Counted from the stretch's first letter, positions 36,213 to 46,570 are shown. The stretch: DNA of 64,000 nucleotides from Alphaproteobacteria bacterium (GCA_038228485.1 JBBRPG010000001.1:588-64587), one strand, 5' to 3'. Translations and numbers: made by a program. The notes: generated by a model from the sequence alone, not told the origin.

Positions 36213-37160
36213 ATGCCCGTCGTCAAAGTCACCGATCTCGCGTACGGGCGGCTGCGCTCGCCCGATCTCGACAAGCAGGAGGAATTCCTCACCGCGTTCG
36301 GCATGGTGCGCGCCGACCGCACCAAGAACGCGCTCTACATGCGCGGCACCGATGCGCCGCACCACATCCACGTGACCGAGCTGGGCGAGCCCAAATACTT
36401 CGGCATCGCCTTTCATACCGGCAGCGAGGAAGACCTCGAAAAACTCAGCCGCGTAGAGGGCGCCTCTAAGGTCGAGGACATCAACGAGCCGGGCGGCGGC
36501 AAGCGTGTGCGCCTCACCGACCCCGACGGCTTCCAGGTCGAGGTTGTGCACGGCATGGCGATGCTGCCGAAAATCCCGGTCACGCGACCGAAGATCAATT
36601 TCGGTGAGGACAAGACGCAGCGGCGCAACGCGCTCTATTACAAGGAGGTTGCGCGCGGCCCGTCGCACGTCAAACGGTTTGGCCATTTTGTCGTGCACAC
36701 GCCGCAATTCGAGAAGACGCTCGGCTGGTATCGCGAGATGTTCGGCTTCCGCCCCTCGGACGAGGTCTATGTCGGCAGCAAGGACAACATCACCGGCTCG
36801 TTCAACCGGCTCGACCGCGGCGACGATTTTGTCGATCACCACGCCTTCTTCTGCATCCGCAGCGACAAGGCCGGGCTCAACCACCTCAGCTACGAGGCGG
36901 CCGATATCGACGACATCATGATCGGCCACGATGTTCTGGCGGCGAAGGGCTACGAGCATTTCTGGGGGATCGGCCGGCATTCGCTGGGCAGCCAGGTCTA
37001 CGACTACTGGGGCGACCCGTGGGGCCGGGTGCACGAGCATTGGGCCGATACCGATGTGCTCAACGCCAGCGTGCCACCCAATCTGATCAGCCGCGAGGAA
37101 CTCGCCGGCCCGTGGGGCGGCCCGCCGCCGGAGAAGTTCATGCACCACGCGGTGCGTTAG
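36213..37160 (+). CDS. Two-domain VOC-family extradiol dioxygenase-like protein
   Basis: 315 aa, RBS GGGAGG. Two glyoxalase/dioxygenase modules (YGRLRSPDL...; RFGHFVVHTPQFEKTLGWYREMFGF...LNHLSYE). Confidence 0.75.
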   Translation: MPVVKVTDLAYGRLRSPDLDKQEEFLTAFGMVRADRTKNALYMRGTDAPHHIHVTELGEPKYFGIAFHTGSEEDLEKLSRVEGASKVEDINEPGGGKRVRLTDPDGFQVEVVHGMAMLPKIPVTRPKINFGEDKTQRRNALYYKEVARGPSHVKRFGHFVVHTPQFEKTLGWYREMFGFRPSDEVYVGSKDNITGSFNRLDRGDDFVDHHAFFCIRSDKAGLNHLSYEAADIDDIMIGHDVLAAKGYEHFWGIGRHSLGSQVYDYWGDPWGRVHEHWADTDVLNASVPPNLISREELAGPWGGPPPEKFMHHAVR

Positions 37161-37164
37161 TCTT

Positions 37165-37274
37165 GTCATTGCGAGGAGCCGTGGGTGACGAAGCAATCTC
37201 GATCGGCCGGTCTGTTTGGCCCGAGATTGCTTTCCCGCGGGTCAAGCCCGCAGGTCGCAATGACGATTTGAAGT
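37165..37274. repeat. Intergenic palindromic REP-like element (GTCATTGCGAG...CGCAATGAC family)
   Basis: gtcattgcgaggagc...gaagcaatctcgatcgg...cgagattgcttt...gtcgcaatgac. Confidence 0.75.
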
Positions 37275-37289
37275 AGGGAGTCCTGTCCG

Positions 37290-38657
37290 ATGAAGACCTT
37301 TGTCCGTTGCGGCCAGTTGTTCACCGGGCGGGAGGACGAGGCGCAGAAGGACGCCGCGCTCGTCTATGACGAGGCTGGCGAGCTGCTTTACGCCGGCCCG
37401 GAGGCGGGCGCGCCGAAGCGCGGCAAACTGGACCGGTCGATCGACCATCCCCGCCACTTCGTGATGCCGGGGCTGATCGACGTGCATACTCACCTCGCCT
37501 ATGGCAACGCCAAGACCGAGGAGGACATCGACCTCTACAGCCCGCTCGAGTTCCGCGCACTGCGCGGCATGTTCTTCGCGCAGAAGGTCGCGGCGGCGGG
37601 CTACACCGCGATCTGCTCGCCGGGGGACGCCGGGCAAGTCAGCCTGTCGATCCGCAACGCGATCGACGCCGGCTTGTTCGACGGGCCGCGGGTGATGGCC
37701 GCCGGTCCCTATATTACCTCGCACCAGGGTCTGACCGACTGGTACCCGACCTGGATCGGCGCGCCGTCGACCTCGATCGGCAAGCTGGTGACGACGGTCG
37801 CCGAGGCGGTCGAGGAAGTCCGCTGGCAGGTCAAAAACGGGGTCGACTGCATCAAGATCGCGATGGACGGCATCCAGCGCCGCCCGGACGGCGAGCTGAT
37901 CGCCGCCTTTACCCAGGAAGAAACCGACATCATCGTCCGCGAGACCCACCGCATGGGCAAAAAGGCGGTGGCGCACGCGGTCGGCCGCGAGGCGACCTTG
38001 TATTCGGCACGGGCCGGGGTGGATTTGATCTTCCACGGCTTCGGCGCGGACGACGAATGCATCGCCGCGATGAAGCAGAGCGGCAGCGCGCTGTGCCCCA
38101 CCCTGACCCAGCCGAAGAACGTCATCGAGTTTACCCAGCCGCACGAGCCCGCCGCACAAAGGGGCCGGCCCGAGGCGACCGAAAAGCGCTATCGGATCGG
38201 CTGCGCCAACCTGAAAAAGGCGAAGGCGGCAGGAATTCCATTCCTGACCGGCACCGATACCGGGTTCGCGGTTACCCCCTATGGCGAGTGGCACGCGCGC
38301 GAATTGGAGCTGTTCGTCGACGATCTCGGCTTCTCCAAGGCCGCGGCGTTGCGGGCGGCGACCGAGGTCAACGCCCGGTTCATGGCCGACACCGCCAGCA
38401 TCGGCGTGCTGGAGCCGGGCCGCGCCGCCGATTTCATCGCCTGGGACGGCTCCCCGCTCGCCGATATCGGCATCCTCCAGGACAAGCCGCGGCTGCGCGG
38501 CGTCTACATCGCCGGGCGCGAGATCAAGATCGCCGCCCGGCCCTACGACCCGCGCAAGGTCAGCGACTTCTCGCTGAGCAACTGGACCGACCTCTACACC
38601 CAGGAGCGCGTCGCCGAGCTGCGCGGCCAGCGCCCCCGGCTGGAGGCGGCCGAATAG
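37290..38657 (+). CDS. Metal-dependent amidohydrolase family protein
   Basis: 455 aa. PGLIDVHTHL (HxH), AHAVG and GTDTG motifs of the amidohydrolase superfamily. Confidence 0.8.
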   Translation: MKTFVRCGQLFTGREDEAQKDAALVYDEAGELLYAGPEAGAPKRGKLDRSIDHPRHFVMPGLIDVHTHLAYGNAKTEEDIDLYSPLEFRALRGMFFAQKVAAAGYTAICSPGDAGQVSLSIRNAIDAGLFDGPRVMAAGPYITSHQGLTDWYPTWIGAPSTSIGKLVTTVAEAVEEVRWQVKNGVDCIKIAMDGIQRRPDGELIAAFTQEETDIIVRETHRMGKKAVAHAVGREATLYSARAGVDLIFHGFGADDECIAAMKQSGSALCPTLTQPKNVIEFTQPHEPAAQRGRPEATEKRYRIGCANLKKAKAAGIPFLTGTDTGFAVTPYGEWHARELELFVDDLGFSKAAALRAATEVNARFMADTASIGVLEPGRAADFIAWDGSPLADIGILQDKPRLRGVYIAGREIKIAARPYDPRKVSDFSLSNWTDLYTQERVAELRGQRPRLEAAE

Positions 38658-38674
38658 CCGCCCGGGGCGCGGCG

Positions 38675-39118
38675 ATGTTTGAGATCAAGCACCCCAAGCT
38701 GCAGCAGCTTTACGACTACTGGTCGGCGAAACGCAGCGAGCGCGAGATGCCGGCGCGCGCCGATCTCGACCCGATCGACATGACTTTTATCATCGGCAAC
38801 GTCATCCTCGTCGATGTACTCGACGAGACGCCGCCGCGCTTTCGCATCCGCCTGCACGGCACCAACCTGTCGCAGCGCGTGGGCTACGAGCTGACCGGAA
38901 AGATGCTCGACGAGCTGCCGGTCACCGAATTCCGCGCCCTGGCGCAGCAGAGCTTCGAGCATGTGGTGCGGACCCGCGAGGTGTTGTATGCCAATCGCGA
39001 CCGGGTCATCGACGACAGGTTTGCCCGCTACGAAACGGTCATCATGCCGCTATCGGCCGATGGCGCGCGGGTCGACCGGCTGCTGATCGGCTTGATCTAC
39101 GACGACGAAAACCGCTGA
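38675..39118 (+). CDS. PAS_5/DUF1457-like small PAS-fold protein
   Basis: ATG at 38675 within track ORF 38057..39118. LQQLYDYWSAKRSEREMPARADLDPIDM...FRIRLHGT is typical of this family. Confidence 0.6.
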   Translation: MFEIKHPKLQQLYDYWSAKRSEREMPARADLDPIDMTFIIGNVILVDVLDETPPRFRIRLHGTNLSQRVGYELTGKMLDELPVTEFRALAQQSFEHVVRTREVLYANRDRVIDDRFARYETVIMPLSADGARVDRLLIGLIYDDENR

Positions 39119-39129
39119 GCGCCGCCGTC

Positions 39130-40260
39130 GTGAAGATCCGCGACATCCAGATCTATGTCCTGGAGGCCGCGCTGGCCGAACCGTTCGCCTACTCGCAGGC
39201 CTGGTACGAGCGGCGCGGCGCGTGCCTGGTCGAAATTATCGGCGAAGACGGCAACAGCGGCTGGGGCGAAACGTTCGGCCCCGCGCGACTGACCGCGCCG
39301 ATCGTCGAATACTATAAGCCGCTGCTGATCGGCGAGGACGCGCTCGCCACCGAGCGCCACTGGCAGAACCTCTACAACCGGCTGCGCGACCACGGGCAGA
39401 AGGGGCTGGCGATCGAGGCGCTGTCCGCGATCGACATCGCGCTGTGGGATCTGAAGGGCCGCCATCTCGGGGTATCGGTGGCGCGGCTGATCGGCGGGCC
39501 GTTGCGCGATCGGGTTGAGGCTTACGCTACCGGGTTCTACCGCAAGCGCGGCGGCGACCCTCTCGTCTATCTGGTCGAGGAGGCGCACCGGCGCGTCGCT
39601 GAGGGCTTTACCGGCATCAAGCTCAAGCTCGGTTTTGGCCTTGAGGGCGACGCCCGGCTCTGCGAGACAGTGCGGCGCGCCATCGGGCCGGACATCCGCA
39701 TCATGGTCGACGCCAACCATGCCTACGATGCGGTAGGGGCGATCCGCCTCGGCCGGCTGATCGAGCCTTACGACATTTCTTGGTTCGAGGAGCCGGTGCC
39801 GCCCGAAGACCTTGCCGGCTACCGCGAGGTCAAGGCCGCGCTGTCGATCCCGATCGCCGGCGGCGAAGCCGAGTTTACCCGCTGGGGGTTCCGCCCGCTG
39901 ATCACCGAGCGGCTGGTCGATATCCTTCAGCCCGACATCGCCGCGGCCGGCGGCATCTCCGAAACCAAGAAGATTTGCGACATGGCCAATGCCTTCGGGG
40001 TGCGGGTCAACCCGCATGTCTGGGGCACCGCGGTGGCGCTCGCCGCCTCGCTGCAGCTGATCGCCTGCCTGCCGCACAACCCGCCGGGGCTGCACCCGAT
40101 CGAACCGCTGCTGGAATTCGACCAGTCCGAGTACCCGATGCGCATGGCGGTCGTCACCGAGCCGATCGTGCAGCAGGACGGCTGGGTCGCGATCCCCGGC
40201 GGGCCGGGCCTCGGCATCGAGATCGACCGCGCCGCGCTCGCTCGCTTCAAGGCGGAATAA
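39130..40260 (+). CDS. Enolase-superfamily enzyme (mandelate racemase/muconate lactonising enzyme family)
   Basis: GTG start. SAIDIALWDLKG, KLKLG, MVDANHAY, FEEP and LQPD are metal-ligand and catalytic landmarks. Confidence 0.85.
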   Translation: MKIRDIQIYVLEAALAEPFAYSQAWYERRGACLVEIIGEDGNSGWGETFGPARLTAPIVEYYKPLLIGEDALATERHWQNLYNRLRDHGQKGLAIEALSAIDIALWDLKGRHLGVSVARLIGGPLRDRVEAYATGFYRKRGGDPLVYLVEEAHRRVAEGFTGIKLKLGFGLEGDARLCETVRRAIGPDIRIMVDANHAYDAVGAIRLGRLIEPYDISWFEEPVPPEDLAGYREVKAALSIPIAGGEAEFTRWGFRPLITERLVDILQPDIAAAGGISETKKICDMANAFGVRVNPHVWGTAVALAASLQLIACLPHNPPGLHPIEPLLEFDQSEYPMRMAVVTEPIVQQDGWVAIPGGPGLGIEIDRAALARFKAE

Positions 40261-40357
40261 GCCGCGACAAGTACCGGACAAAGTTCCCGAGCGACGGTTG
40301 TCTGTGGGATGCGGGCACCCGACATGAAATCCGCCCCGCAACGTTCCCCCGACCCGC

Positions 40358-41563
40358 ATGCCGCCAGACCTACGCGAGACCCTGCTGCCTGACGCCACCC
40401 ATGCCGACGGGCTGGCGCGGCAGATCGGCGACTGGCTGATCCGCGACGCGCGTCTGCTCGACACCAACAGGGAAGTGCTCGAAGAATTCTGCGAGCGGGT
40501 CGCCAATGCCGGCGTTCCGATCGACCGGGTCTCGCTGCACCAGCGCGCGTTTCACCCGCAATACCGCGGCGTCTCGCGCATCTGGCGCCCCGACCGCGCG
40601 CTTGAGGAGCTTTATCTCGACCACGGTATCGAAAAGACCGCAACCTATCTCGAAAGCCCGGTGCGCGGGGTGATCGAAGACCGCAGCAGCTACGAATGGC
40701 GGCTCGATGGCGACGCGGCATTGCCGTTCCCGATGCTCGACCAGCTGCGCACCGATGGCTACACCCATTATGCGATCGCGCCGCTGATCTACGCGGGCGG
40801 CCTGGTCAGCGCCCTTTCCTGGGCGACCCGTCGAGCTGCCGGGTTCAGCGCTGCCGAGATGCAGGTTTTCCGCGATATCCTGCCGTTTTATGCCGCGGTT
40901 GCCGAAGCAAAAGCCTTGCGCCGCTTCATCGGCGGCATGCTCGACACCTATGTCGGGCGCGAGGCCGGGCAGCTGATCCTCGACGGACAAGTGCGGCGCG
41001 GCGACACCAAGACGATCACCGCGGCGCTGATGCTGATCGATTTGCGCGACTTTTCGATGCTGTCGGACCAGCTCAGCCCACAGGCGGTGATCCGCATCCT
41101 CAACCAGTATTTCGATTGCGTCATGCCGCCCATCCGCGACGAGGGCGGCGAGGTCGTCGAGATCATGGGCGACGGCGTCTTGGCGATGTTCCACCACAGC
41201 CGCGAGCGCAGCGCCGCCGAGGCCTGCGGCGCGGCGCTAGCCGCGGCGCAAGCCGGGCTTGCCGCGCTCGCCGAGCGCAACCGGCGCCATCCGGCGATCT
41301 CGCTCAGCGCCGGCATCGCGCTGCATTACGGCACTGTCTCCTATGGCAATATCGGCTCCGGCGAGCGGCTCGACTTCACCGTGATCGGGCCCGACGTCAA
41401 CATGACCAGCCGCATCGAGCGGCTGTGCCGCGAGTTGGACCGCGCGCTGATCATGTCCGAGACGTTCGCGGAAACGCTCAACCGGCCGATGTGGGAGATC
41501 GGCCATTTCGAGCTGCGCGGCTTCGCCAAGATGGTGCGCCTGTTCGAGCTGCCGCCGGGTTAG
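40358..41563 (+). CDS. Class III adenylate/guanylate cyclase with an N-terminal sensor region
   Basis: Cyclase core LMLIDLRDFSMLSD..., EIMGDGVLAMF, GIALHYGTVSYGNIGS and FTVIGPDVNMTSRIE. Confidence 0.85.
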   Translation: MPPDLRETLLPDATHADGLARQIGDWLIRDARLLDTNREVLEEFCERVANAGVPIDRVSLHQRAFHPQYRGVSRIWRPDRALEELYLDHGIEKTATYLESPVRGVIEDRSSYEWRLDGDAALPFPMLDQLRTDGYTHYAIAPLIYAGGLVSALSWATRRAAGFSAAEMQVFRDILPFYAAVAEAKALRRFIGGMLDTYVGREAGQLILDGQVRRGDTKTITAALMLIDLRDFSMLSDQLSPQAVIRILNQYFDCVMPPIRDEGGEVVEIMGDGVLAMFHHSRERSAAEACGAALAAAQAGLAALAERNRRHPAISLSAGIALHYGTVSYGNIGSGERLDFTVIGPDVNMTSRIERLCRELDRALIMSETFAETLNRPMWEIGHFELRGFAKMVRLFELPPG

Positions 41564-42102
41564 CGTTTCAAATCCCGCGGGTCGCCGCGGTGCACGTCGG
41601 CCGGGTTGAGCGGTCGCTCGACCGCGTTCCATGTCGAGCAGCCGATTACCAGAACCCATATCGTCAAGGCCGCCGTCGCCGATCCGCGCCGCCAGTGAGG
41701 ACGCCGCATCAGCGGCAGGCGCTCGATGTAGAAGGCATGGACAAAGCCCAGCGTCACCAGGATCAGCTTGGGCAGGAACATCGTATGCAGCCCGGCGCCG
41801 ATCGGGTCGTAAAGAAATAGCAGCACTCCGGTGAGGATGGTTAGCGCGAACATCGCGTTCATTAGGGTGAGTACCGGCCGCCGCACCGGCCGCAGCGAGG
41901 CACCGGGAAAGATGCCGAGGCGCATCACTTCCAACAGCAGCAGCAGGCCGAGAAAACCCGACATCCCCAACAGGTGCAGAAACCGAGTCAGCCCGTAGAC
42001 CGAGCGCAGCCCATAAACCCACAGGCGCAGATCGGTCGTCGCCAGCCAGGTCAGTAACCCGGGCGGCAGATGTACCCCGCCGCTGCCGTAAACGTCGGGC
42101 AT
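41560..42102 (-). CDS. Hypothetical integral membrane protein (4-5 predicted TM helices)
   Basis: Track ORF with a hydrophobic profile. No family recognised. Confidence 0.55.
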   Translation of the reverse strand: MPDVYGSGGVHLPPGLLTWLATTDLRLWVYGLRSVYGLTRFLHLLGMSGFLGLLLLLEVMRLGIFPGASLRPVRRPVLTLMNAMFALTILTGVLLFLYDPIGAGLHTMFLPKLILVTLGFVHAFYIERLPLMRRPHWRRGSATAALTIWVLVIGCSTWNAVERPLNPADVHRGDPRDLKR

Positions 42103-42217
42103 TTGGTTTCCTTATCCCGCTCGCGGCCTCGCGAATGCCAATCATGCGCATTTTGTCGTTGACGTGCAATTGAGAACCATTTTCATTATCACATCGCTAC
42201 AACCACCCGGATCGACT

Positions 42218-42937
42218 ATGCGCCACCTCCCAACCCTTGCGGTTCTTGTCTTTGCCGCCGGGTTCGGCATCGCCGCCGCCCAAGCGCCGGCCGACAAAAA
42301 TGCCGCCGATACCGATTTTCTGTTCCGCCTTGGCTTGATGGAAGGCCATTTGATGGTCGGCCACGAGCTGGTCAAGGCAAAGCAGGTGCCATTGGCGCTG
42401 CCGCATTACGGCCACCCGGTCAAAGAATTGTGCGAGGACATGACCTCGTATCTGAAGGCGAAGAAATTTGCCCCGTTCGACAAGGATTTGATCGCGCTGG
42501 AAGCCGGGGTTACCGCCGCGCCAGATGCGCCCGCCACCGAGGCGAAATACCAGACGGTGATTGCGACGATCCACATGGCGCGAGCACTGGCCCCGGCCCC
42601 GTTGCGCGCCTCGCTGCCGGAGATGATCAAGGTCTGCGCCAGCACGATTGATGCCGCCTCGGGCGAATACGGCGAGGCGCTGGAGCAGGACAAGATCGCC
42701 TCGGTCGTCGAATATCATGACAGCCGCGGCTACCTCGAATGGGTCGCCCAGCAGGTAAAGGAGCTGAAGGCGGCGCATGCCGACGCGGCATCGCAAGCGC
42801 TGATCGACCGCTTCTCTGCGGTGCTGGTCAAGGCGCAGGCGATCGTTGCCGACCTGCTGCCGGCGCCGACCCCGAAAGCGTCGCTCGCCGACTATCGCGC
42901 CATCGCCGCCGAAGCGCGCGAGGTGGCGCCGAAATAA
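42218..42937 (+). CDS. Hypothetical secreted/periplasmic protein
   Basis: ATG at 42218 gives the signal peptide MRHLPTLAVLVFAAGFGIAAAQA. Helical and His-containing. No family recognised. Confidence 0.55.
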   Translation: MRHLPTLAVLVFAAGFGIAAAQAPADKNAADTDFLFRLGLMEGHLMVGHELVKAKQVPLALPHYGHPVKELCEDMTSYLKAKKFAPFDKDLIALEAGVTAAPDAPATEAKYQTVIATIHMARALAPAPLRASLPEMIKVCASTIDAASGEYGEALEQDKIASVVEYHDSRGYLEWVAQQVKELKAAHADAASQALIDRFSAVLVKAQAIVADLLPAPTPKASLADYRAIAAEAREVAPK

Positions 42938-42938
42938 T

Positions 42939-43424
42939 CTACCGGCGCGTCCGAAAGAATGCCCGCAGCAGCGCAGCAGCGCGGCGCTCGTCGATGCCGC
43001 CGTAGATTTCCGGCCGGTGATGGCAGGTCGGCTGGTCGAAGATGCGCGGGCCGTGCTCGACCCCTCCGCCTTTCGGATCGTAGGCGGCGAAATAAAGCCG
43101 GCGGACACGAGCGAGCGAGATCGCGGCGGCGCACATCGGGCAGGGCTCCAGCGACACGTAGAGGTCGCAGCCGTCGAGCTGCTTCTGGCCGAGTCGGGCG
43201 GCTCCCTCGCGCAGCACCAGCATCTCGGCGTGCGCGGTCGGGTCGCGCGTGGCCTCGACCCGGTTGCCGGCGGCGGCCAGCACCGTGCCGTCGGCGGCAA
43301 CCAGCACCGCGCCGACCGGCACCTCGCCCCGCGCGCCGGCCGCCTCGGCCTCCCTCAGCGCACGAGCCATCGGCGTATCGTTAGACAATGGGGTTGGAGG
43401 CGATGTGGTTGGCCGCTTATTCAT
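42939..43424 (-). CDS. tadA: tRNA-specific adenosine deaminase
   Basis: CDA zinc motifs HAEM and PCPMCAAA. GEVPVGAVLV. The start may be the internal MARALREAE (43370). Confidence 0.85.
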   Translation of the reverse strand: MNKRPTTSPPTPLSNDTPMARALREAEAAGARGEVPVGAVLVAADGTVLAAAGNRVEATRDPTAHAEMLVLREGAARLGQKQLDGCDLYVSLEPCPMCAAAISLARVRRLYFAAYDPKGGGVEHGPRIFDQPTCHHRPEIYGGIDERRAAALLRAFFRTRR

Positions 43425-43460
43425 TGCCGCCGCAGTCGTCCGTCGCTATCTCCTCGCAGC

Positions 43461-44294
43461 ATGCCACAATCGACGCAAGAACCCGGCGCCCCGCAACGCA
43501 TCGCCAAAGTGCTCGCCCGCGCCGGGCTGTGCTCCCGCCGGGACGCCGAGCGCTGGGTCGCCGAGGGCCGCGTCGCGGTCGACGGCAAGGTGCTGACCAG
43601 CCCGGCCGTCAACGTCACCGACGCCAGCGACATCCGCGTCGACGGCCATCCGCTGCCCGAGCCCGAACGGGCGCGGCTGTGGCGCTATCACAAGCCGGCG
43701 GGGCTCGTCACCACGCATCGCGACGAGAAAGGCCGCGCCACCGTGTTCGCCGCGCTGCCCAAGGAGTTGCCGCGGCTGATTTCGATCGGCCGCCTCGACC
43801 TCAATTCCGAGGGGCTGCTGCTCTTGACCAACGACGGCGCGCTGGCGCGTCGGCTCGAGCTGCCGGCGACGGGCTGGATTCGCCGCTACAAGGTGCGGGT
43901 GCACGGGTTTGTCGACGAGACCCGTCTCGCGAGCCTGGAGAAGGGGGTCACCATCGACGGAGTCGCCTATGGCGCGATCCGCGCCCAATTGGAGCGCCAG
44001 CAGGGCTCGAACGCCTGGCTCGCGTTCGCCCTGCGCGAAGGCAAGAACCGCGAGGTGCGCAAGGTGCTGGAGCATCTCGGCTATCCGGTAACACGCCTGA
44101 TCCGCCTCAGTTATGGCCCGTTCCAGCTTGGCCACCTCACGCGCGGCGACATCGAGGAAGTGCCGAAATCGGTGCTGGCGGACCAGCTCGGGAAAGGCGA
44201 CGGGCCGGACACCGCCGCGGCGCGGCGCGGGAAAGCGGGCCGCGATCGCCCAGCTGCAGAGCCGGTCAAAGCCTATGCGCGTCGTCGGCGGTAG
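43461..44294 (+). CDS. Pseudouridine synthase, RsuA/RluB family
   Basis: ATG at 43461 in track ORF 42846..44294. S4 domain RIAKVLARAGLCSRRDAERWVAEGRVAVDG. Catalytic GRLDLNSEGLLLLTNDG. Confidence 0.85.
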   Translation: MPQSTQEPGAPQRIAKVLARAGLCSRRDAERWVAEGRVAVDGKVLTSPAVNVTDASDIRVDGHPLPEPERARLWRYHKPAGLVTTHRDEKGRATVFAALPKELPRLISIGRLDLNSEGLLLLTNDGALARRLELPATGWIRRYKVRVHGFVDETRLASLEKGVTIDGVAYGAIRAQLERQQGSNAWLAFALREGKNREVRKVLEHLGYPVTRLIRLSYGPFQLGHLTRGDIEEVPKSVLADQLGKGDGPDTAAARRGKAGRDRPAAEPVKAYARRRR

Positions 44295-44847
44295 GCATCG
44301 CGGCCGGCGGCTGATCGCGCCGCCGGGCGAAGCGGTGCGGCCTACCAGCGACCGCGCCCGCGAGGCGCTGTTCAATATCCTGTCGCATGGCGAATTCGCC
44401 GCCGCCGGCCTGCCGTTCGCCGACGAGAATGTGCTCGACGCCTTTGCCGGCACCGGCGCGTTCGGGCTGGAGGCGTTGTCGCGTGGAGCGGCAGCGGCGG
44501 CATTTATCGAGACCGACCGGGAGGCGCTGTCGGCGCTGCGCAAAAACATCGCCGCGCTCGATGAGGAGGATGCGGCGCATGTCGTCGCCGGCGACGCGAC
44601 CCGACCGCCGCGTGCGCCTTATGCCTGCGCCGTCGCCTTTCTCGATCCGCCCTACCATAGCGGCCTCGCCGCGCCGGCGCTGACCTCGCTGGCCGGGATG
44701 GGCTGGCTGGCCGCACACGCCGTCGCCATCGTCGAGATCGCCGCCGGCGAAGCCTTTTCGCCGCCCGCCGGGTTTACAATGATCGACGAGCGCAAATACG
44801 GCGCCGCCAAACTGATCTTTCTTCGCCGCGAGGGAGGTTCCCGATGA
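44275..44847 (+). CDS. rsmD: 16S rRNA (guanine966-N2)-methyltransferase
   Basis: ATG at 44275. IAPPGEAVRPTSDRAREALFNIL, DAFAGTGAFGLEALSRGA and DPPY are RsmD motifs. Confidence 0.8.
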   Translation: MRVVGGRHRGRRLIAPPGEAVRPTSDRAREALFNILSHGEFAAAGLPFADENVLDAFAGTGAFGLEALSRGAAAAAFIETDREALSALRKNIAALDEEDAAHVVAGDATRPPRAPYACAVAFLDPPYHSGLAAPALTSLAGMGWLAAHAVAIVEIAAGEAFSPPAGFTMIDERKYGAAKLIFLRREGGSR

Positions 44848-45683
44848 ACATGCCGCAGATCACGCTGCCCGACGGCGAGAAGGTGCTCGCCTACGGCCAA
44901 GGCACCTGGCACATGGGCGAAAGCCGCGGTCATTTTGCCGACGAGGTCACGGCACTGCGGCTCGGCATCGATCTCGGCATCACCCTGATCGACACCGCCG
45001 AGATGTACGGCAGCGGGGTCGCCGAGGAAATCGTCGCCGAGGCTATGCAAGGCGACCGCGACAGGCTGTTCATCGTCAGCAAGGTGCTGCCCTACAACGC
45101 CTCGGCAAAGGGCACGGTCGAGGCCTGCGAGAAGAGCCTCAAGCGGTTGAAGACCGACCGCATCGACCTTTACCTACTGCACTGGACCGGCTCGCACCCG
45201 TTCGCCGAGACCCTGGCCGGATTCGAACGGCTGCAGCGCGACGGTAAGATACGCCATCACGGGGTCAGCAATTTCGACCGCAAGGACATGGAGGAATGGT
45301 ACGGGCTGGCCGGCGGCAAGACGGTCGCGTCGAACCAGATCCTCTACAACCTCGCCCGGCGCGGCCCGGAATGGGATTTGATCCCGTGGTGCCGCGAGCG
45401 GAACATCTCGATCATGGCCTATTCGCCGATCGAGCAAGGGCGCATGCTCGGCCACAAAACGCTGGTCGAAGTTGGTGCGCGGCACGGCGCCACCCCGGCG
45501 CAGGTAGCGCTGGCCTGGCTGCTGCGGCAGGACGGGACGATGGTGATCCCTAAGGCCACTCGCCCCGAACATGTGCGCGAGAATTTGGGCGCGCTCGACC
45601 TCAAGCTGACCGGCGACGACCTCGCCACCCTCGACGGCGCCTTCCCGCCGCCCAAGGCCCGCAGCAGTTTGGGGATGCTTTAG
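44844..45683 (+). CDS. Aldo/keto reductase
   Basis: 279 aa. LIDTAEMYG, DLYLLHW and HHGVSNF are AKR landmarks. The start overlaps the rsmD stop (ATGA). Confidence 0.85.
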   Translation: MNMPQITLPDGEKVLAYGQGTWHMGESRGHFADEVTALRLGIDLGITLIDTAEMYGSGVAEEIVAEAMQGDRDRLFIVSKVLPYNASAKGTVEACEKSLKRLKTDRIDLYLLHWTGSHPFAETLAGFERLQRDGKIRHHGVSNFDRKDMEEWYGLAGGKTVASNQILYNLARRGPEWDLIPWCRERNISIMAYSPIEQGRMLGHKTLVEVGARHGATPAQVALAWLLRQDGTMVIPKATRPEHVRENLGALDLKLTGDDLATLDGAFPPPKARSSLGML

Positions 45684-45689
45684 CGATCC

Positions 45690-45775
45690 CACCTGCGCTT
45701 CCCGGCGAAAGCCGGGATCCATTTTTCAGCGCTAGAGACCGTGGAAAAGTGGGCCCCGGCTTTCGCCGGGGAGCG
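45690..45775. repeat. Short intergenic REP-like element with two CCCGGC/GCCGGG hairpins
   Basis: cttcccggcgaaagccgggatcc ... ggccccggctttcgccgggg. Confidence 0.55.
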
Positions 45776-45784
45776 GTAAACAAA

Positions 45785-46552
45785 TCACCGCGACTGGATC
45801 GTCGTGCCACCGTCGACGGTGAGGATCTGGCCGGTGATGAAGGCGCCGGCTTGCGACGCCAACAGCAGGGCCGGGCCGGCGATGTCGATCGGCTGGCCGA
45901 GGCGGCGCAGCGGGGTCGCGGCCTCGCGGCGGGCGCGGCGCTCGGGGTTCTCGTAGAGCGCACGGGCGAACTGGGTCACGACCAGACCGGGCGCGATGCA
46001 ATTGACCCGCACTCCGTCCGGACCCCATTCGGCGGCGAGGTTGCGGCACAGCGCATAGTCGGCAGCCTTGGTGATGCCGTACATCCCGAGCTCGAGCGAG
46101 GCATGCAGCGCCGCGACCGAGATGATGTAGATGATCGAGCCTTCCTTACGCTCGCGCATGCCTGGCGCCACCGCGCGCGAGAACCACAGATTGCTCTGCA
46201 CGTTGTTGGTCATCATCCGCTCGAACGCCTCGTCGCTGAGCGTGTCGAGCGAGCCGTGATGCGGGTTGATCGCCGCATTGCAGACCATGATGTCGACCCG
46301 GCCGTAGGCCTCGTTTGCCTTAGCAATCAGGCCCTCGCACTGCGCCTTGTCGGAGATGCGACAGGTGATCGCCGTGGCCTCGCCGCCGTTGGCCTTGATC
46401 GCCGCGACAACCTCCTCGCAGGGCTCCTGGTTGCGGCCGGAGATCACCACTTTGGCCCCGGCCTCGGCGAACTGCTCGGCCATCGCCCGACCGATCCCGC
46501 GAGACGAGCCGGTAACCACCGCAACCTTTCCGGAAAGATCGAATAATTTCAT
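45785..46552 (-). CDS. Short-chain dehydrogenase/reductase (SDR)
   Basis: Start at MKLFDL (ATG at 46552). TGSSRGIG, NAA and the YGITKAA catalytic motif. The upstream extension of the track ORF reads through a REP element. Confidence 0.85.
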   Translation of the reverse strand: MKLFDLSGKVAVVTGSSRGIGRAMAEQFAEAGAKVVISGRNQEPCEEVVAAIKANGGEATAITCRISDKAQCEGLIAKANEAYGRVDIMVCNAAINPHHGSLDTLSDEAFERMMTNNVQSNLWFSRAVAPGMRERKEGSIIYIISVAALHASLELGMYGITKAADYALCRNLAAEWGPDGVRVNCIAPGLVVTQFARALYENPERRARREAATPLRRLGQPIDIAGPALLLASQAGAFITGQILTVDGGTTIQSR

Positions 46553-46570
46553 ATTCGCGCCTTTCAATTT

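Noticed and set aside
42177-42193. Fur-box-like half site (accattttcattatcac) between the divergent membrane and periplasmic hypothetical genes; also an Irr ICE-like TTTAGAA at 57424-57430
   Set aside because: Only half-sites are present, with no dyad partner. Alphaproteobacterial iron regulators use different full motifs. The evidence is insufficient.
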